Assembly (NCBI GenBank): GCA_048054495.1
Contig: JBGMQN010000054.1
Coordinates: 24,291 to 65,863 of the forward strand
Direction: 5' to 3'
Length of the DNA: 41,573 nt
Source of the DNA: Anaerolineales bacterium
GTDB taxonomy: Bacteria; Chloroflexota; Anaerolineae; Anaerolineales; E44-bin32
Shown here: positions 16,176 through 25,695 of the stretch, in pieces
Layout: each line of letters opens with the position of its first letter
Numbering within the stretch: the stretch's first letter is position 1
Notes under the pieces: generated by a model
Databases searched by the model: none
What the model was told of the DNA's origin: nothing
The model's input: only the letters and a program-made list of their open reading frames with translations
Made by a program: the position numbers and the translations under genes

Positions 16176-17798
16176 CTAGGCCAGGGGGACGGCGCAGCCA
16201 TCGGCTCGGGGATCGCTCCCTCCGCAAAGTACGCCCGTATCCATGTCTCGCAAGATGACTTGGCCGCGGCCGAATATCGCCCGCATTTGACCCGTTACCA
16301 CGTCGACCTCGTGACCCATCTGCGCCAATCGCCGTACAGTCTTATCCGGAATGCCTTCTTCCACTGCCACTGGACTGCCCGGACGGGCCTCGGTGAGATT
16401 GATCCGCGGACGATCCAGCGCGGCCTGGGGATCGAGGCCGTCATCGATCAATCCGGTAAGCACTTGAACGTGTCCCTGCGGCTGCATAAAGCCACCCATC
16501 ACCCCAAAACTTGCATACAGTGAGCCGTCTTCACGGGTCACCATACCCGGAATGATGGTGTGGTAAGGACGCTTGCCGGGCGAAAGCGCGTTTGGATGTT
16601 CCCTATCCAGGCTGAAGCCGTGCCCTCGATTCTGCAGAGAAAATCCCCATCCCTTTGGCACGATCCCCGTGCCGAATCCCATGTAATTGCTGTTGATGAA
16701 CGAGCAGGCGTTTCCCTCCCCATCGATGACGCTTAGATAGACCGTGTCGGAGGCGGGCGATGGGATTCCCACCGGCTGCGATAGCGTCGCGCGTTTCCGA
16801 TCGATCAGTGTGCGTCGCCTCTCGGCGTAGCCCTCCGATAGAAGCACTTCCAGGGGAATCGGGACGAATGCAGGGTCGGCAATAAACCAATTCCCATCCG
16901 CAAACGCGACGCGAAGCGCCTCCAGCACCAGATGCAGTCTGGAGGGGCTGAGCGCTTCCAGCGATTCTAGATCGAAACCTTCCAATATCTTCAATGCCAG
17001 GAGGGCCACGAGACCCTGTCCATTGGGCGGAGCCTCCCAGATCCGCAGACCCCGGTAAGTCACGGAAATCGCCTCATCCCAGGTGCTGCGATGATCTGCC
17101 AGGTCGCTCTCGGACAAGACTCCTCCCGCGTCGCGCACGGCGCGGGCAATCGCCATGGCAATCTCGCCCTGGTAGAAGGCCTGTGCGCCTGCTCCTCCCA
17201 CGGCGCGGAACGTTCGAGCCAAACCTGGATTGCGGAAAATCTCGCCCGGCTTGGGCCCGCGTCCGTTGATCGTCAGCTCCTCTCCGCCAGGAGCGTTCTT
17301 GAGCTGCCGCTCCGCGCCTCGCTGCCAGGAATAGGCAGTTAAGGGAGAAACCGGGAATCCCTCTTCTGCCAGGTTGATCGCCGGCGCCAGAGCGATTCGG
17401 AGGTCCAATCGGCCATGGCGCTCCAGCAGGTCGCTCCACCCTGCGCACGCGCCTGGGACCGTCACGGTGAGGGCGTGGTACGGAGGGAGGGACTCCTCAA
17501 GGCCCTGTGCCTCCAGGAGGTCGAGCGTGAGTGCAGAAGGAGCGCGGCCGGAGCCATTGAGGGCGGTGATCTCACGCGATTCTGCATCGTAATAGAGGGC
17601 GAAACAATCTCCCCCGATGCCAGTCGAGCTGGGTTCGGTGACATTGAGGGCGGCCGCGGTCGCTACTGCCGCGTCGGCTGCGTTTCCCCCCAGTGCCAGG
17701 ATGTCAATGCCCGCTTGAGCCGCTAGTGGCTGAGACGCGGCCACGAGCCCGCGTTGTGCGAACACGGGAGATCGCCGCGAGGCGTAAGTAAAAGGCAC
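16176..17798 (-). CDS. ggt: Gamma-glutamyltransferase family Ntn hydrolase (cytoplasmic, YwrD/HpxW-like)
   Basis: Motifs GGNAADAAVA, GIGGD, catalytic Thr in SDTVYLSVID, LQNRG, PGKRPYHTIIP, GVMGG and GSDPRADG. No signal peptide. Confidence 0.93.
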   Translation of the reverse strand: MPFTYASRRSPVFAQRGLVAASQPLAAQAGIDILALGGNAADAAVATAAALNVTEPSSTGIGGDCFALYYDAESREITALNGSGRAPSALTLDLLEAQGLEESLPPYHALTVTVPGACAGWSDLLERHGRLDLRIALAPAINLAEEGFPVSPLTAYSWQRGAERQLKNAPGGEELTINGRGPKPGEIFRNPGLARTFRAVGGAGAQAFYQGEIAMAIARAVRDAGGVLSESDLADHRSTWDEAISVTYRGLRIWEAPPNGQGLVALLALKILEGFDLESLEALSPSRLHLVLEALRVAFADGNWFIADPAFVPIPLEVLLSEGYAERRRTLIDRKRATLSQPVGIPSPASDTVYLSVIDGEGNACSFINSNYMGFGTGIVPKGWGFSLQNRGHGFSLDREHPNALSPGKRPYHTIIPGMVTREDGSLYASFGVMGGFMQPQGHVQVLTGLIDDGLDPQAALDRPRINLTEARPGSPVAVEEGIPDKTVRRLAQMGHEVDVVTGQMRAIFGRGQVILRDMDTGVLCGGSDPRADGCAVPLA

Positions 17799-17942
17799 GC
17801 TAGAATCCTCGGATTGCTTCGGCTCTGGGCCGCAAAGCTAGTCCACTCACAAACGATTCATTACATGTGTATGGAGCATGACCTGGGATGAGATGCAGGG
17901 GCAGTGCAAAAATGTCTATAATCCAGTCCGCGAACGCCAACA

Positions 17943-18314
17943 ATGAAGCACATGGACATCGTACGGCGCAGTACAGGAGAAATCATGTTCCAGCGGGCGC
18001 GCTGGTGCAGCAGCCGCTGGTGCCGCTTCTGGGGCCTTCAATTCCGCCGCGAGCTCAAACCGGGCGAGGCTCTGGTCCTGGTTCATCCCGATGAGAGCGT
18101 ACTCCAAAGCTCGATCCATATGCTCTTCGTGATCTTTCCCATCGCCGCTATTTGGATCGATAGCATGGGTCGCGTGACCAGTGCTCAGCTCGCCAAACCG
18201 TGGCGACCCTACTATGCCTCACCCAGGCCGGCCCAATATGTCTTGGAGACTACGCCTGACTTCCTCTCCCAGGTCGAGGTGGGGGACGAGTTCAATTTTG
18301 TTTTATCTGCCTAG
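17943..18314 (+). CDS. DUF192 domain protein
   Basis: Pattern R.WGLQFRREL, SIHMLFVIFPIAAIWID, KPWR, YVLE, VEVGD. Confidence 0.8.
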   Translation: MKHMDIVRRSTGEIMFQRARWCSSRWCRFWGLQFRRELKPGEALVLVHPDESVLQSSIHMLFVIFPIAAIWIDSMGRVTSAQLAKPWRPYYASPRPAQYVLETTPDFLSQVEVGDEFNFVLSA

Positions 18315-18567
18315 CGAGCCTTCCGTTTTAACGAACAAAACCGGCCCTGCACCGGTTTCGTCTTTCCGCCCTCCAACTTGTTCTAGGGCTTTCGCCCACG
18401 AATCCTTGCTTCCACTCTCGTCTTGGTCGAAGGTTCCAGTTGGATCGCGCTGGCTATAATGTAGCACGGTGCGCTTGGCCGAGTCAACGATTTCAACCTT
18501 AAACTTGGTCGCGGGGGTTCTTTAACACTGGGCCCGCCTGGGGAGGAATGGCTGCCCGAGCATATGC

Positions 18568-18596
18568 TTGACCTTGCAACAGTCATCGAATAGCAT
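18568..18596 (+). promoter_or_regulatory. Candidate sigma70 promoter of the iol operon
   Basis: TTGACC-N17-TAGCAT ending 7 nt before the in-frame ATG at 18604. Confidence 0.4.
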
Positions 18597-18603
18597 CCAT
18601 TTG

Positions 18604-19494
18604 ATGCTCAATGATAACCAGCTCGAAATGAACGCTATATCCAAGCTCCTGATTCGGCCAGCGGCCGGTTCAGGAGAATACACGAAAGTCACGCCTAAGC
18701 AGGCCGGCTGGGAGCTCCTCAATTTCGGAGCTCGCAAGATGGGGTCCGGCGAGCTATGGGAGTTCGAAACCGGGGAGAACGAGTTCGGCATTGTCGTGCT
18801 GGGTGGGACCTGCTCCGCGGATACCTCGCGCGGGGCCTGGGGACCGATCGGTCGGCGCCCCAATGTTTTTGCTGGAATGCCTTATACGCTCTACCTTCCC
18901 CGGCGTACCGAGGTGCGAATTGAGGCCATCGGCGAGGGGCTTGACCTCGGATACGGGTGGTGCGAGACGGACGAAGATCACCCGGCCAAGCTTGTATCTC
19001 CCGAAGAGGTGCACGTGGAGATTCGTGGAGGCGGCAATGCCACCCGACAGATCAACGACATGATCCCGCCCGGATTCGACTGCCATCGACTGGTAGCGGT
19101 GGAAGTCTATACACCCTCTGGCAACTGGAGTTCGTATCCACCGCACAAGCACGATGTGCACCGCGAATCCGAATCGGGGGAGCTGATCGAGGCCGATCTC
19201 GAGGAAACTTACTTCTACAAACTGGACCGGCCGGAGGGCTACGCTTTACAGCGCGTGTACACCGCGGATCGGAGCTTGAATGAACTCGTAATTGCGCAGC
19301 AAGACGATCTCGTGCTCGTGCCGGAGGGGTACCATCCGGTGGTCTCCGCGCATGGCTACAATACCTACTACCTTAATTTCCTGGCTGGCAGCGCGCAATC
19401 CTTGGCGAGCGCCGATGATCCTGAGCACGCATGGATTAAGCAGAGTTGGGTGGAAAAAGACCCGCGACTGCCGATGGTGACTCTGGACATGTAG
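18604..19494 (+). CDS. iolB: 5-deoxy-glucuronate isomerase
   Basis: Motifs EVYTPSGNWSSYPPHKHD, LEETYF, QRVY, VPEGYHPV and YYLN..AG. Start either 18604 or 18628. Confidence 0.95.
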   Translation: MLNDNQLEMNAISKLLIRPAAGSGEYTKVTPKQAGWELLNFGARKMGSGELWEFETGENEFGIVVLGGTCSADTSRGAWGPIGRRPNVFAGMPYTLYLPRRTEVRIEAIGEGLDLGYGWCETDEDHPAKLVSPEEVHVEIRGGGNATRQINDMIPPGFDCHRLVAVEVYTPSGNWSSYPPHKHDVHRESESGELIEADLEETYFYKLDRPEGYALQRVYTADRSLNELVIAQQDDLVLVPEGYHPVVSAHGYNTYYLNFLAGSAQSLASADDPEHAWIKQSWVEKDPRLPMVTLDM

Positions 19495-19576
19495 GTTGCG
19501 CTCGCCTATCCGCCCGGTTGCTGAGTGCTGCCCAGGCTTGTGAGCATGAAGGTCGGAATCTGTACCGCTGAGGAAA

Positions 19577-20680
19577 ATGAACATGAATGCCGGATACAAA
19601 AGCCCGCTCCATGAAACGATCTCCACAACCCCGACCGATTTCTGGAACGACTCCGCATCTTTCGAGGAGCTGACCTACGCAATCGAGCACGGCGCGGTTG
19701 GCGCCACGACAAACCCCACGATCGTTATGCAGGTTCTCGACAAGGAGATAGACCTGTGGCGGGATCGGATTCAAGAGATGATTGCCGAGAATCCGGAATG
19801 GTCTGAAGACCAGTTGGCCTGGAAGCTCATCGAGGAAGTGGCAGTCAGAGGCGCCGAACTGTTAAAGCCGGTCTATGACCGGGAGAATGGGAAGAAGGGC
19901 CGCATATCGATTCAGACCCATCCCGCGTTCTATCGCAACGCCGAGGCCATCACAAAGCAGGCGATCCACTTCGACTCCCTGGCTCCCAATATGCAGGTCA
20001 AGATCCCTGCAACCAAGGCAGGAATCGCCGCCATCGAGGAGGCCACACGCAATGGGGTGAACATCAACGCGACCGTGTGCTTCAGCGTGCCGCAATCGCT
20101 TGCGGTTGCGGAGGCGGTGGAGAGAGGCTTGGACCGGCGCGCGGCCGATGGGGAGTCCATAGAAGACATGTCGCCGGTATGCACCATCATGATCGGCCGG
20201 CTTGACGATTGGATGCATGTGCTGGCCAAGCGCGATGGAATTATTGTGAACCCCGCCTCCCTGCATTGGGCGGGGGTGGCCGCCATAAAGAAGGCCTACG
20301 GCATATTTCAGCAGCGTGGGTATCGGGCTCGCCTGCTAGGAGCCGCTTATCGGCACCATCTGCACTGGTCGGAGCTCATCGGCGGCGACATCATCCTGAC
20401 CATCCCTTACCAATGGCAGAAGTGGTTCAATGCTTCGGATGTGGAAGTCAAGGAGCGCATGGCCAGGCAGGTCGATGAGGAGACCATCGACGAGCTGTAC
20501 GGGCATTTTCCTGATTTCCGCCGTGCCTACGACGAGGACGGACTGACGATCGATGAATTTGACGCCTTCGGTCCGACGGTTCGAACGCTGCGAGGGTTTA
20601 TCAGCTCGTATCACGATCTGGTGGCATTGGTGCGTGACTTCATGCTGCCCAACCCGGATATCCGGCGGAACGGCGCGTGA
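19577..20680 (+). CDS. Transaldolase-family (class I Schiff-base) protein; probable IolJ replacement
   Basis: Motifs WNDSA, GATTNP, Schiff-base Lys in QVKIPAT, INATVCFS and IGRLDD. Located between iolB and iolC. Confidence 0.85.
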   Translation: MNMNAGYKSPLHETISTTPTDFWNDSASFEELTYAIEHGAVGATTNPTIVMQVLDKEIDLWRDRIQEMIAENPEWSEDQLAWKLIEEVAVRGAELLKPVYDRENGKKGRISIQTHPAFYRNAEAITKQAIHFDSLAPNMQVKIPATKAGIAAIEEATRNGVNINATVCFSVPQSLAVAEAVERGLDRRAADGESIEDMSPVCTIMIGRLDDWMHVLAKRDGIIVNPASLHWAGVAAIKKAYGIFQQRGYRARLLGAAYRHHLHWSELIGGDIILTIPYQWQKWFNASDVEVKERMARQVDEETIDELYGHFPDFRRAYDEDGLTIDEFDAFGPTVRTLRGFISSYHDLVALVRDFMLPNPDIRRNGA

Positions 20681-20751
20681 GGCGCCCCTCGATAAGCCTT
20701 CACGCTCGGCAGGCACGCCTCCTCGCATCTGACGCTTGCCCCTGACCGTCC

Positions 20752-21762
20752 ATGGCAAATGAGTACGATCTCATCACAATGGGTCGTGCCTCCATTGATC
20801 TCTACGCGCAGGACATCGGAGTACCCTTTGAGAAAATCAAAAGCTTCGCAGCCTATGTGGGGGGGTCACCGACCAACATCGCGGTCGGCGCTCGACGCCT
20901 TGGGCTGAATGTGGCTCTGATCAGTGGGGTTGGCGATGATCCGGTCGGTGATTTTGTCCTGGCCTTCTTGAATGAAGAGCACGTCGATACCGCCTTCATC
21001 ACTCGCAAACCTCTGGCCCGGACCGGCGCGGTTTTGCTGGGGATTGAAAGGCCGGATCTGATTCCGCTGGTCTATTATCGTGACAACGCGGCGGATATTC
21101 AGCTCACGATCGATGATGTGAAGGCCGCTCCCATCGCGGAGTGCAGGGCATTTGAGTTTGCAGGCACCAACCTGAGCCAGGAACCCAGTCGTAGCGCCAC
21201 TCTATTCGCGGTGGAGCTAGCTAAATCTGCCGGCGTACGCGTCATCATGGATTTAGACCTGCGAGCCGATCAATGGGGGGACGTGCGAGCTTTCGGGCTG
21301 ATGGTCCGGTCGGTCCTGCCCCTGGTAGACATTGCTGTCGGAACGGAGGAGGAAATCAAGGCCGCCGTGCTGGAGAGCGCCGAGCAGCTCACGATTACCC
21401 ATTCACAAGTCACCGCTCCCGAGATAAGAGGAGATCTGGACACCGCCCTGCACTCCTTGCTCGAGCGGGGCCTCGAAGCCCTGGTTGTCAAGCAGGGCAG
21501 CAAAGGCTCCTCGGTATACCTTCAAGATGGCGAGGTCATCTTCGCTCCGGGATTCTCGGTCGAGGTCTACAACGTGCTGGGGGCCGGCGATGCGTTCGCA
21601 AGCGGGTTGATCTACGGGCGGCTCAAGGGTTGGGATTGGTATCGGGCGGCGAGGATGGGCAATGCCTGCGGCGCCATCGTCGTGACCCGCCACGGGTGCG
21701 CCAATTTCATGCCCTATGAGAAGGAAGCCTTGGATTTCATCGAGGAACGGGGGGGATTCTGA
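20752..21762 (+). CDS. iolC: 5-dehydro-2-deoxygluconokinase (PfkB family)
   Basis: Motifs MGRASIDLY, YVGGSPTNIAVG, YYRDNAAD, D.DLRADQW and LGAGDAF. No C-terminal DUF2090 extension. Confidence 0.93.
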   Translation: MANEYDLITMGRASIDLYAQDIGVPFEKIKSFAAYVGGSPTNIAVGARRLGLNVALISGVGDDPVGDFVLAFLNEEHVDTAFITRKPLARTGAVLLGIERPDLIPLVYYRDNAADIQLTIDDVKAAPIAECRAFEFAGTNLSQEPSRSATLFAVELAKSAGVRVIMDLDLRADQWGDVRAFGLMVRSVLPLVDIAVGTEEEIKAAVLESAEQLTITHSQVTAPEIRGDLDTALHSLLERGLEALVVKQGSKGSSVYLQDGEVIFAPGFSVEVYNVLGAGDAFASGLIYGRLKGWDWYRAARMGNACGAIVVTRHGCANFMPYEKEALDFIEERGGF

Positions 21763-21802
21763 AAACCAATCCCGCCCTTTTAGTAGGCGACCTAGGAGGA
21801 GA

Positions 21803-23671
21803 ATGCAGATGAATACCGTCCGCCTGACGATGGCGCAAGCGATCATTCGATTCTTAACAATCCAGCATGTCGAGCGGGATGGGGACCGCCAGCCCTTTTT
21901 CGCCGGCTGCTTCGGAATCTTCGGTCACGGAAACGTGGCGGGCATCGGGCAGGCCCTTCAGGAACAACCTGATTTCCGGTATTACCTGGCGCGAAACGAA
22001 CAGGCCATGGTGCACACTGCGGCCGGCTTCGCCAAGATGAGCAACCGGTTGCGAGCCTTCGCGTGCACGAGCTCCATTGGACCCGGGGCAACCAACATGG
22101 TCACCGCCGCCGCCGGCGCGACTGTCAATCGTCTGCCGGTCCTGCTGCTGCCAGGAGACATCTTCGCCCGCAGAAATGTAGCGCCCGTACTGCAGCAGCT
22201 GGAATGGGGCGGTTCCCAGGACGTCTCCGTCAACGATTGCTTCAAGCCGATTTCACGGTATTGGGATCGGATCAACCGCCCCGAACAAATCATCACCGCG
22301 TTGCCGGAAGCCATGCGGGTGCTGACGTCTCAAGCCGATACGGGGGCCGTGACGCTCTCACTGCCACAGGATGTGCAGGCGGAGGCGTACGACTACCCGG
22401 AAGCCCTGTTCGAAAAACGGGTCTGGACCATCGCACGTCCTGCGCCGGCGCGAGAACTTGTGGCCCGCGCGGTGGAGATGATTCGCGGGGCCAACTCGCC
22501 TTTGATCATCTCTGGAGGGGGCGTGATCTACAGCGAGGCGACGGAAGCGCTGGCCAGCTTCGCCGAAGATACCGGCATCCCGGTAGGCGAGACCCAGGCC
22601 GGCAAGGGCTCTCTGCCCTACGATCATCCGTTCGCGTTGGGCGCCATCGGCGTCACCGGTACACCGGGAGCCAATATCATCGCGCGTGAGGCCGATCTGG
22701 TCATTGGCATCGGAACTCGCTACAGCGATTTCACCACCGCCTCAAAGACCGCCTTTCAGAATCCCGAGGTGCGCTTCATCAACATCAACATCGCCGACTT
22801 CGACGCCCATAAGCATTCCGGCCTGGCGCTGGTGGCGGATGCGCGCGCGGCTCTGGAGGAGCTGGAGCATGCGCTGGAAGGCCACACCACCGAATCCGGC
22901 TACAAAGACCGCATACAAGAATTCAACGTGGAGTGGGAGGCCGAGGTGGACCGGATCTACAATTTGGAGCACGGACCGCCGATCAGCCAGGGGGAGGTCA
23001 TCGGCGCGGTCAACGCGGCCTCCGAACCGACGGATGTGGTGATGTGCGCGGCCGGCAGCCTGCCGGGCGACCTGCACAAGCTATGGCGAACGCGCGATTC
23101 TAAGGGCTACCACCTCGAATACGGGTACTCCTGTATGGGCTACGAGATCGCCGGCGGGCTGGGGATCAAAATGGCCGCTCCGGAGCGTGAGGTCTACGTG
23201 ATGCTGGGGGACGGGTCCTACCTGATGATGAACTCTGAGATCGTGACCTCCATCCAGGAACATTTCAAACTCACGATCGTCTTGATCAACAACCACGGTC
23301 ACTCGAGCATCGGTGGATTGTCACAGTCGGTCGGCAGCGCGGGATTTGGAACGCGATACCGCTACCGGAATCCAGGTACCGGCCAACTGGATGGCGAAAA
23401 GCTTCCGGTGGATTTTGCGGCCAACGCCCGCAGCCTGGGAGCTGTTGTTTTCGAGGCTGAGAATCTTCCGGCTCTCGTCGAGTCATTGTCGAAGGCCAAG
23501 CGGGAAGAGCAAACCGTGGTCATTGTCGTTGAGACCGATCCCGAAAAGCGGGTTCCTGGCTACGAGTCATGGTGGGACGTGCCGGTGGCGGAGGTGTCGG
23601 AGACGGAAAAGGTACAGGAGGCGCTTGAAGAATACCGTTCGGGCGTGGACAAGGAGCGCAACTACCTCTGA
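21803..23671 (+). CDS. iolD: 3D-(3,5/4)-trihydroxycyclohexane-1,2-dione acylhydrolase (ThDP-dependent)
   Basis: Motifs RLTMAQA, IFGHGNVAG, RNEQAMVH, YHLEYGYSCMGYE, GDGSYLMM and WWDVPV. AGGAGGAG RBS before ATG 21803. Confidence 0.96.
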   Translation: MQMNTVRLTMAQAIIRFLTIQHVERDGDRQPFFAGCFGIFGHGNVAGIGQALQEQPDFRYYLARNEQAMVHTAAGFAKMSNRLRAFACTSSIGPGATNMVTAAAGATVNRLPVLLLPGDIFARRNVAPVLQQLEWGGSQDVSVNDCFKPISRYWDRINRPEQIITALPEAMRVLTSQADTGAVTLSLPQDVQAEAYDYPEALFEKRVWTIARPAPARELVARAVEMIRGANSPLIISGGGVIYSEATEALASFAEDTGIPVGETQAGKGSLPYDHPFALGAIGVTGTPGANIIAREADLVIGIGTRYSDFTTASKTAFQNPEVRFININIADFDAHKHSGLALVADARAALEELEHALEGHTTESGYKDRIQEFNVEWEAEVDRIYNLEHGPPISQGEVIGAVNAASEPTDVVMCAAGSLPGDLHKLWRTRDSKGYHLEYGYSCMGYEIAGGLGIKMAAPEREVYVMLGDGSYLMMNSEIVTSIQEHFKLTIVLINNHGHSSIGGLSQSVGSAGFGTRYRYRNPGTGQLDGEKLPVDFAANARSLGAVVFEAENLPALVESLSKAKREEQTVVIVVETDPEKRVPGYESWWDVPVAEVSETEKVQEALEEYRSGVDKERNYL

Positions 23672-23825
23672 CCCCTAGCCGGTGCGCTGCACACTGGGGA
23701 GCCCTTCCCGACCGAGCGCATGTTCAATCAAAAGAGGCGAGGAAGAGAGAAGCCATCCACACTGGCTGCTCATTCATGGGGAGCCAGGCTGAAGTTCGGG
23801 GCTTCACAAGAGGCCGCCGAATACT

Positions 23826-23847
23826 TGTTATAATCATATAGCGATTA
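23826..23847 (+). promoter_or_regulatory. Extended -10 promoter (TGtTATAAT) with overlapping inverted repeat TAATC-N7-GATTA, upstream of the sugar ABC operon
   Basis: Perfect TGnTATAAT at 23826-23834, implying a leader of about 390 nt before ATG 24232. Confidence 0.55.
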
Positions 23848-24231
23848 CGAGTTTTAGCTCTCTTGAGGGTGCGATGCCGGGTAAATATTGCGGCAGCATT
23901 CATCAGGCCCGGACCCGAGAAACCAAGTTCGCCACAAGGTAGGTAGCCTCCATATGGGTTTGTCTGCTCCCGAGACGCAAAAGAAGCTCTCAGGGATGCT
24001 GGACTGGGCTGCCGCTCCTCACAGGATACCCAGCGACAAACTTGATCTAACGTTCAGTTTACAGAGCCGGGTCGCAAAGATCCCGCGCGCTCGCTCTGTG
24101 TGATCCCTCGCGTTTGAATCCGAGATTCGGCCAGTCTCGATAGGAGGTGGTGTATCGACCCTTAAGCCAAAATTGCTAAGCTCGCGTACCGAATGAAAAA
24201 CTACCGGATTCGTCTAGGAGGAGAAAAGACT

Positions 24232-25695
24232 ATGTGGTCCAAGAGAAAAGGTTTGGCCCTCGCCGGGCTTTTCATGTTTGCAGGCCTTGTCGCCGTGGCT
24301 TGCCAGGCAGAACCGGTCGAGGTTGAGGTGGAGGTCACTAGGGAGGTCAAGACTGATGTCGAGGTCACCCGTGAGGTTGAGGTGGAAGTGCCCGTCGGCG
24401 GGGAGTTGGTCACGCTCGTCGCGCGCTGCCGGGCGAAACCGCCCACAGAGGATTGGCGCTGCAATAACCTGCTGTTCGGGGTAGCGGACGTCAACGCCGA
24501 CCTAGAAGCCGCCGGTGACAGCCGCCGGGTCGTGCTCAAGACCATACAAGACAACACAGATTTTGGTGACATCATGCAGGAGTTTGCGCTGGCCTACGAG
24601 GACGATCAGGCGCCCGACATCCTGCTGACGGGACATGAGTTCATCGGCACGGAGGCGACCGCTGGCCGCATTATCCCGCTGAGCGACATGCTCGGAGACT
24701 ACCCAGAGTTTGATAATGTGATTGACGGTCTGTGGGACTCGGTTACCTTCAAGGGCCAGCTCTGGGGCGTTCCCCAGGACACCGAGGCCCGACCGATTTA
24801 TTGGGACAAGACGCTGCTGGTGCAGGTGCCGGGCTGGGACGAGGCCCGTGTTGAGGGGCTGGCCGACGAGATCCTGGCCGGAAACTTCACCCTGGACGAC
24901 ATGTTGGATACGGCCGAAGCGGCCGTTGCAGCCGGCGTCGTGGAGCCGGGCATGGGCTTCTGGATGCGACCCAAAAACGGTACTGACTTCGTCACCCTGT
25001 ACTATGCTTATGGTGGAGAGACGATTGACGCCGACACCGGCAAGCTGGTCTTCGACACCGAGGCTGGTCTGAAGTACTACGAGTTCTTCGAACGCGGGCT
25101 GACCGGCAACGGCGCCCACAGTTTCCTGACCGGAGACTGGGGCGGCAGCTACCACCCCAGTGTCTCGGGCAGCAAGGTCGTGTTCTGGGCCGGGGGTTCA
25201 TGGCAGTGGGCCGAGTGGGCCAGCCAGTGGACCGCGGACAAGGGCGGCCAGGCCTACCAGTTTGAAAATTGGGGCTATGGACTGTATCCGGCCGCCACTC
25301 GTGGAGGTTCTCCCAACACGCTGTCCCACCCCTTGGCCTACTTGATCAGTTCCCAGACTGAGAATCCCGACCTGGCTCTGGCTCTGATCGCCAAGGCCAC
25401 CACGGACGAGGCCAACACCAGGCACGCCATCAACAGCACGCACCTGGGTATCCTCAAGTCGCAAGCCAACTACGAGCCGTATACGAGTGATGTCTTTCTC
25501 GCCGACGTGCTCTACATGCTGGATTACACGACTTTCCTGCCCAACAATCCCAATTGGGGCACGTGGTCGACTATCACCTATGAGTCTCTGGCCGCGGTGC
25601 AGTCTGGCGACCTGACCGCTCAGGAGGCCGTCGACCTGGCTGTGGAGCAACTTCAGAACGAGCTAGGCGACGAGATCATCATCCGGGGTGGATGA
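24232..25695 (+). CDS. Carbohydrate ABC transporter substrate-binding lipoprotein (CUT1)
   Basis: Lipobox VAVAC, EVTREV linker, APDI and LWGVPQDTE. Followed by two permeases and a MalK-type ATPase. AGGAGG RBS before ATG 24232. Confidence 0.9.
   Translation: MWSKRKGLALAGLFMFAGLVAVACQAEPVEVEVEVTREVKTDVEVTREVEVEVPVGGELVTLVARCRAKPPTEDWRCNNLLFGVADVNADLEAAGDSRRVVLKTIQDNTDFGDIMQEFALAYEDDQAPDILLTGHEFIGTEATAGRIIPLSDMLGDYPEFDNVIDGLWDSVTFKGQLWGVPQDTEARPIYWDKTLLVQVPGWDEARVEGLADEILAGNFTLDDMLDTAEAAVAAGVVEPGMGFWMRPKNGTDFVTLYYAYGGETIDADTGKLVFDTEAGLKYYEFFERGLTGNGAHSFLTGDWGGSYHPSVSGSKVVFWAGGSWQWAEWASQWTADKGGQAYQFENWGYGLYPAATRGGSPNTLSHPLAYLISSQTENPDLALALIAKATTDEANTRHAINSTHLGILKSQANYEPYTSDVFLADVLYMLDYTTFLPNNPNWGTWSTITYESLAAVQSGDLTAQEAVDLAVEQLQNELGDEIIIRGG

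Noticed and set aside
23888-24103. 71-aa ORF in the ABC leader; also a canonical glycine or lysine riboswitch call
   Set aside because: The ORF has no RBS or motifs. Key conserved riboswitch nucleotides (e.g. the 5' GGAGAG) are missing, so the region is reported only as a candidate structured leader.
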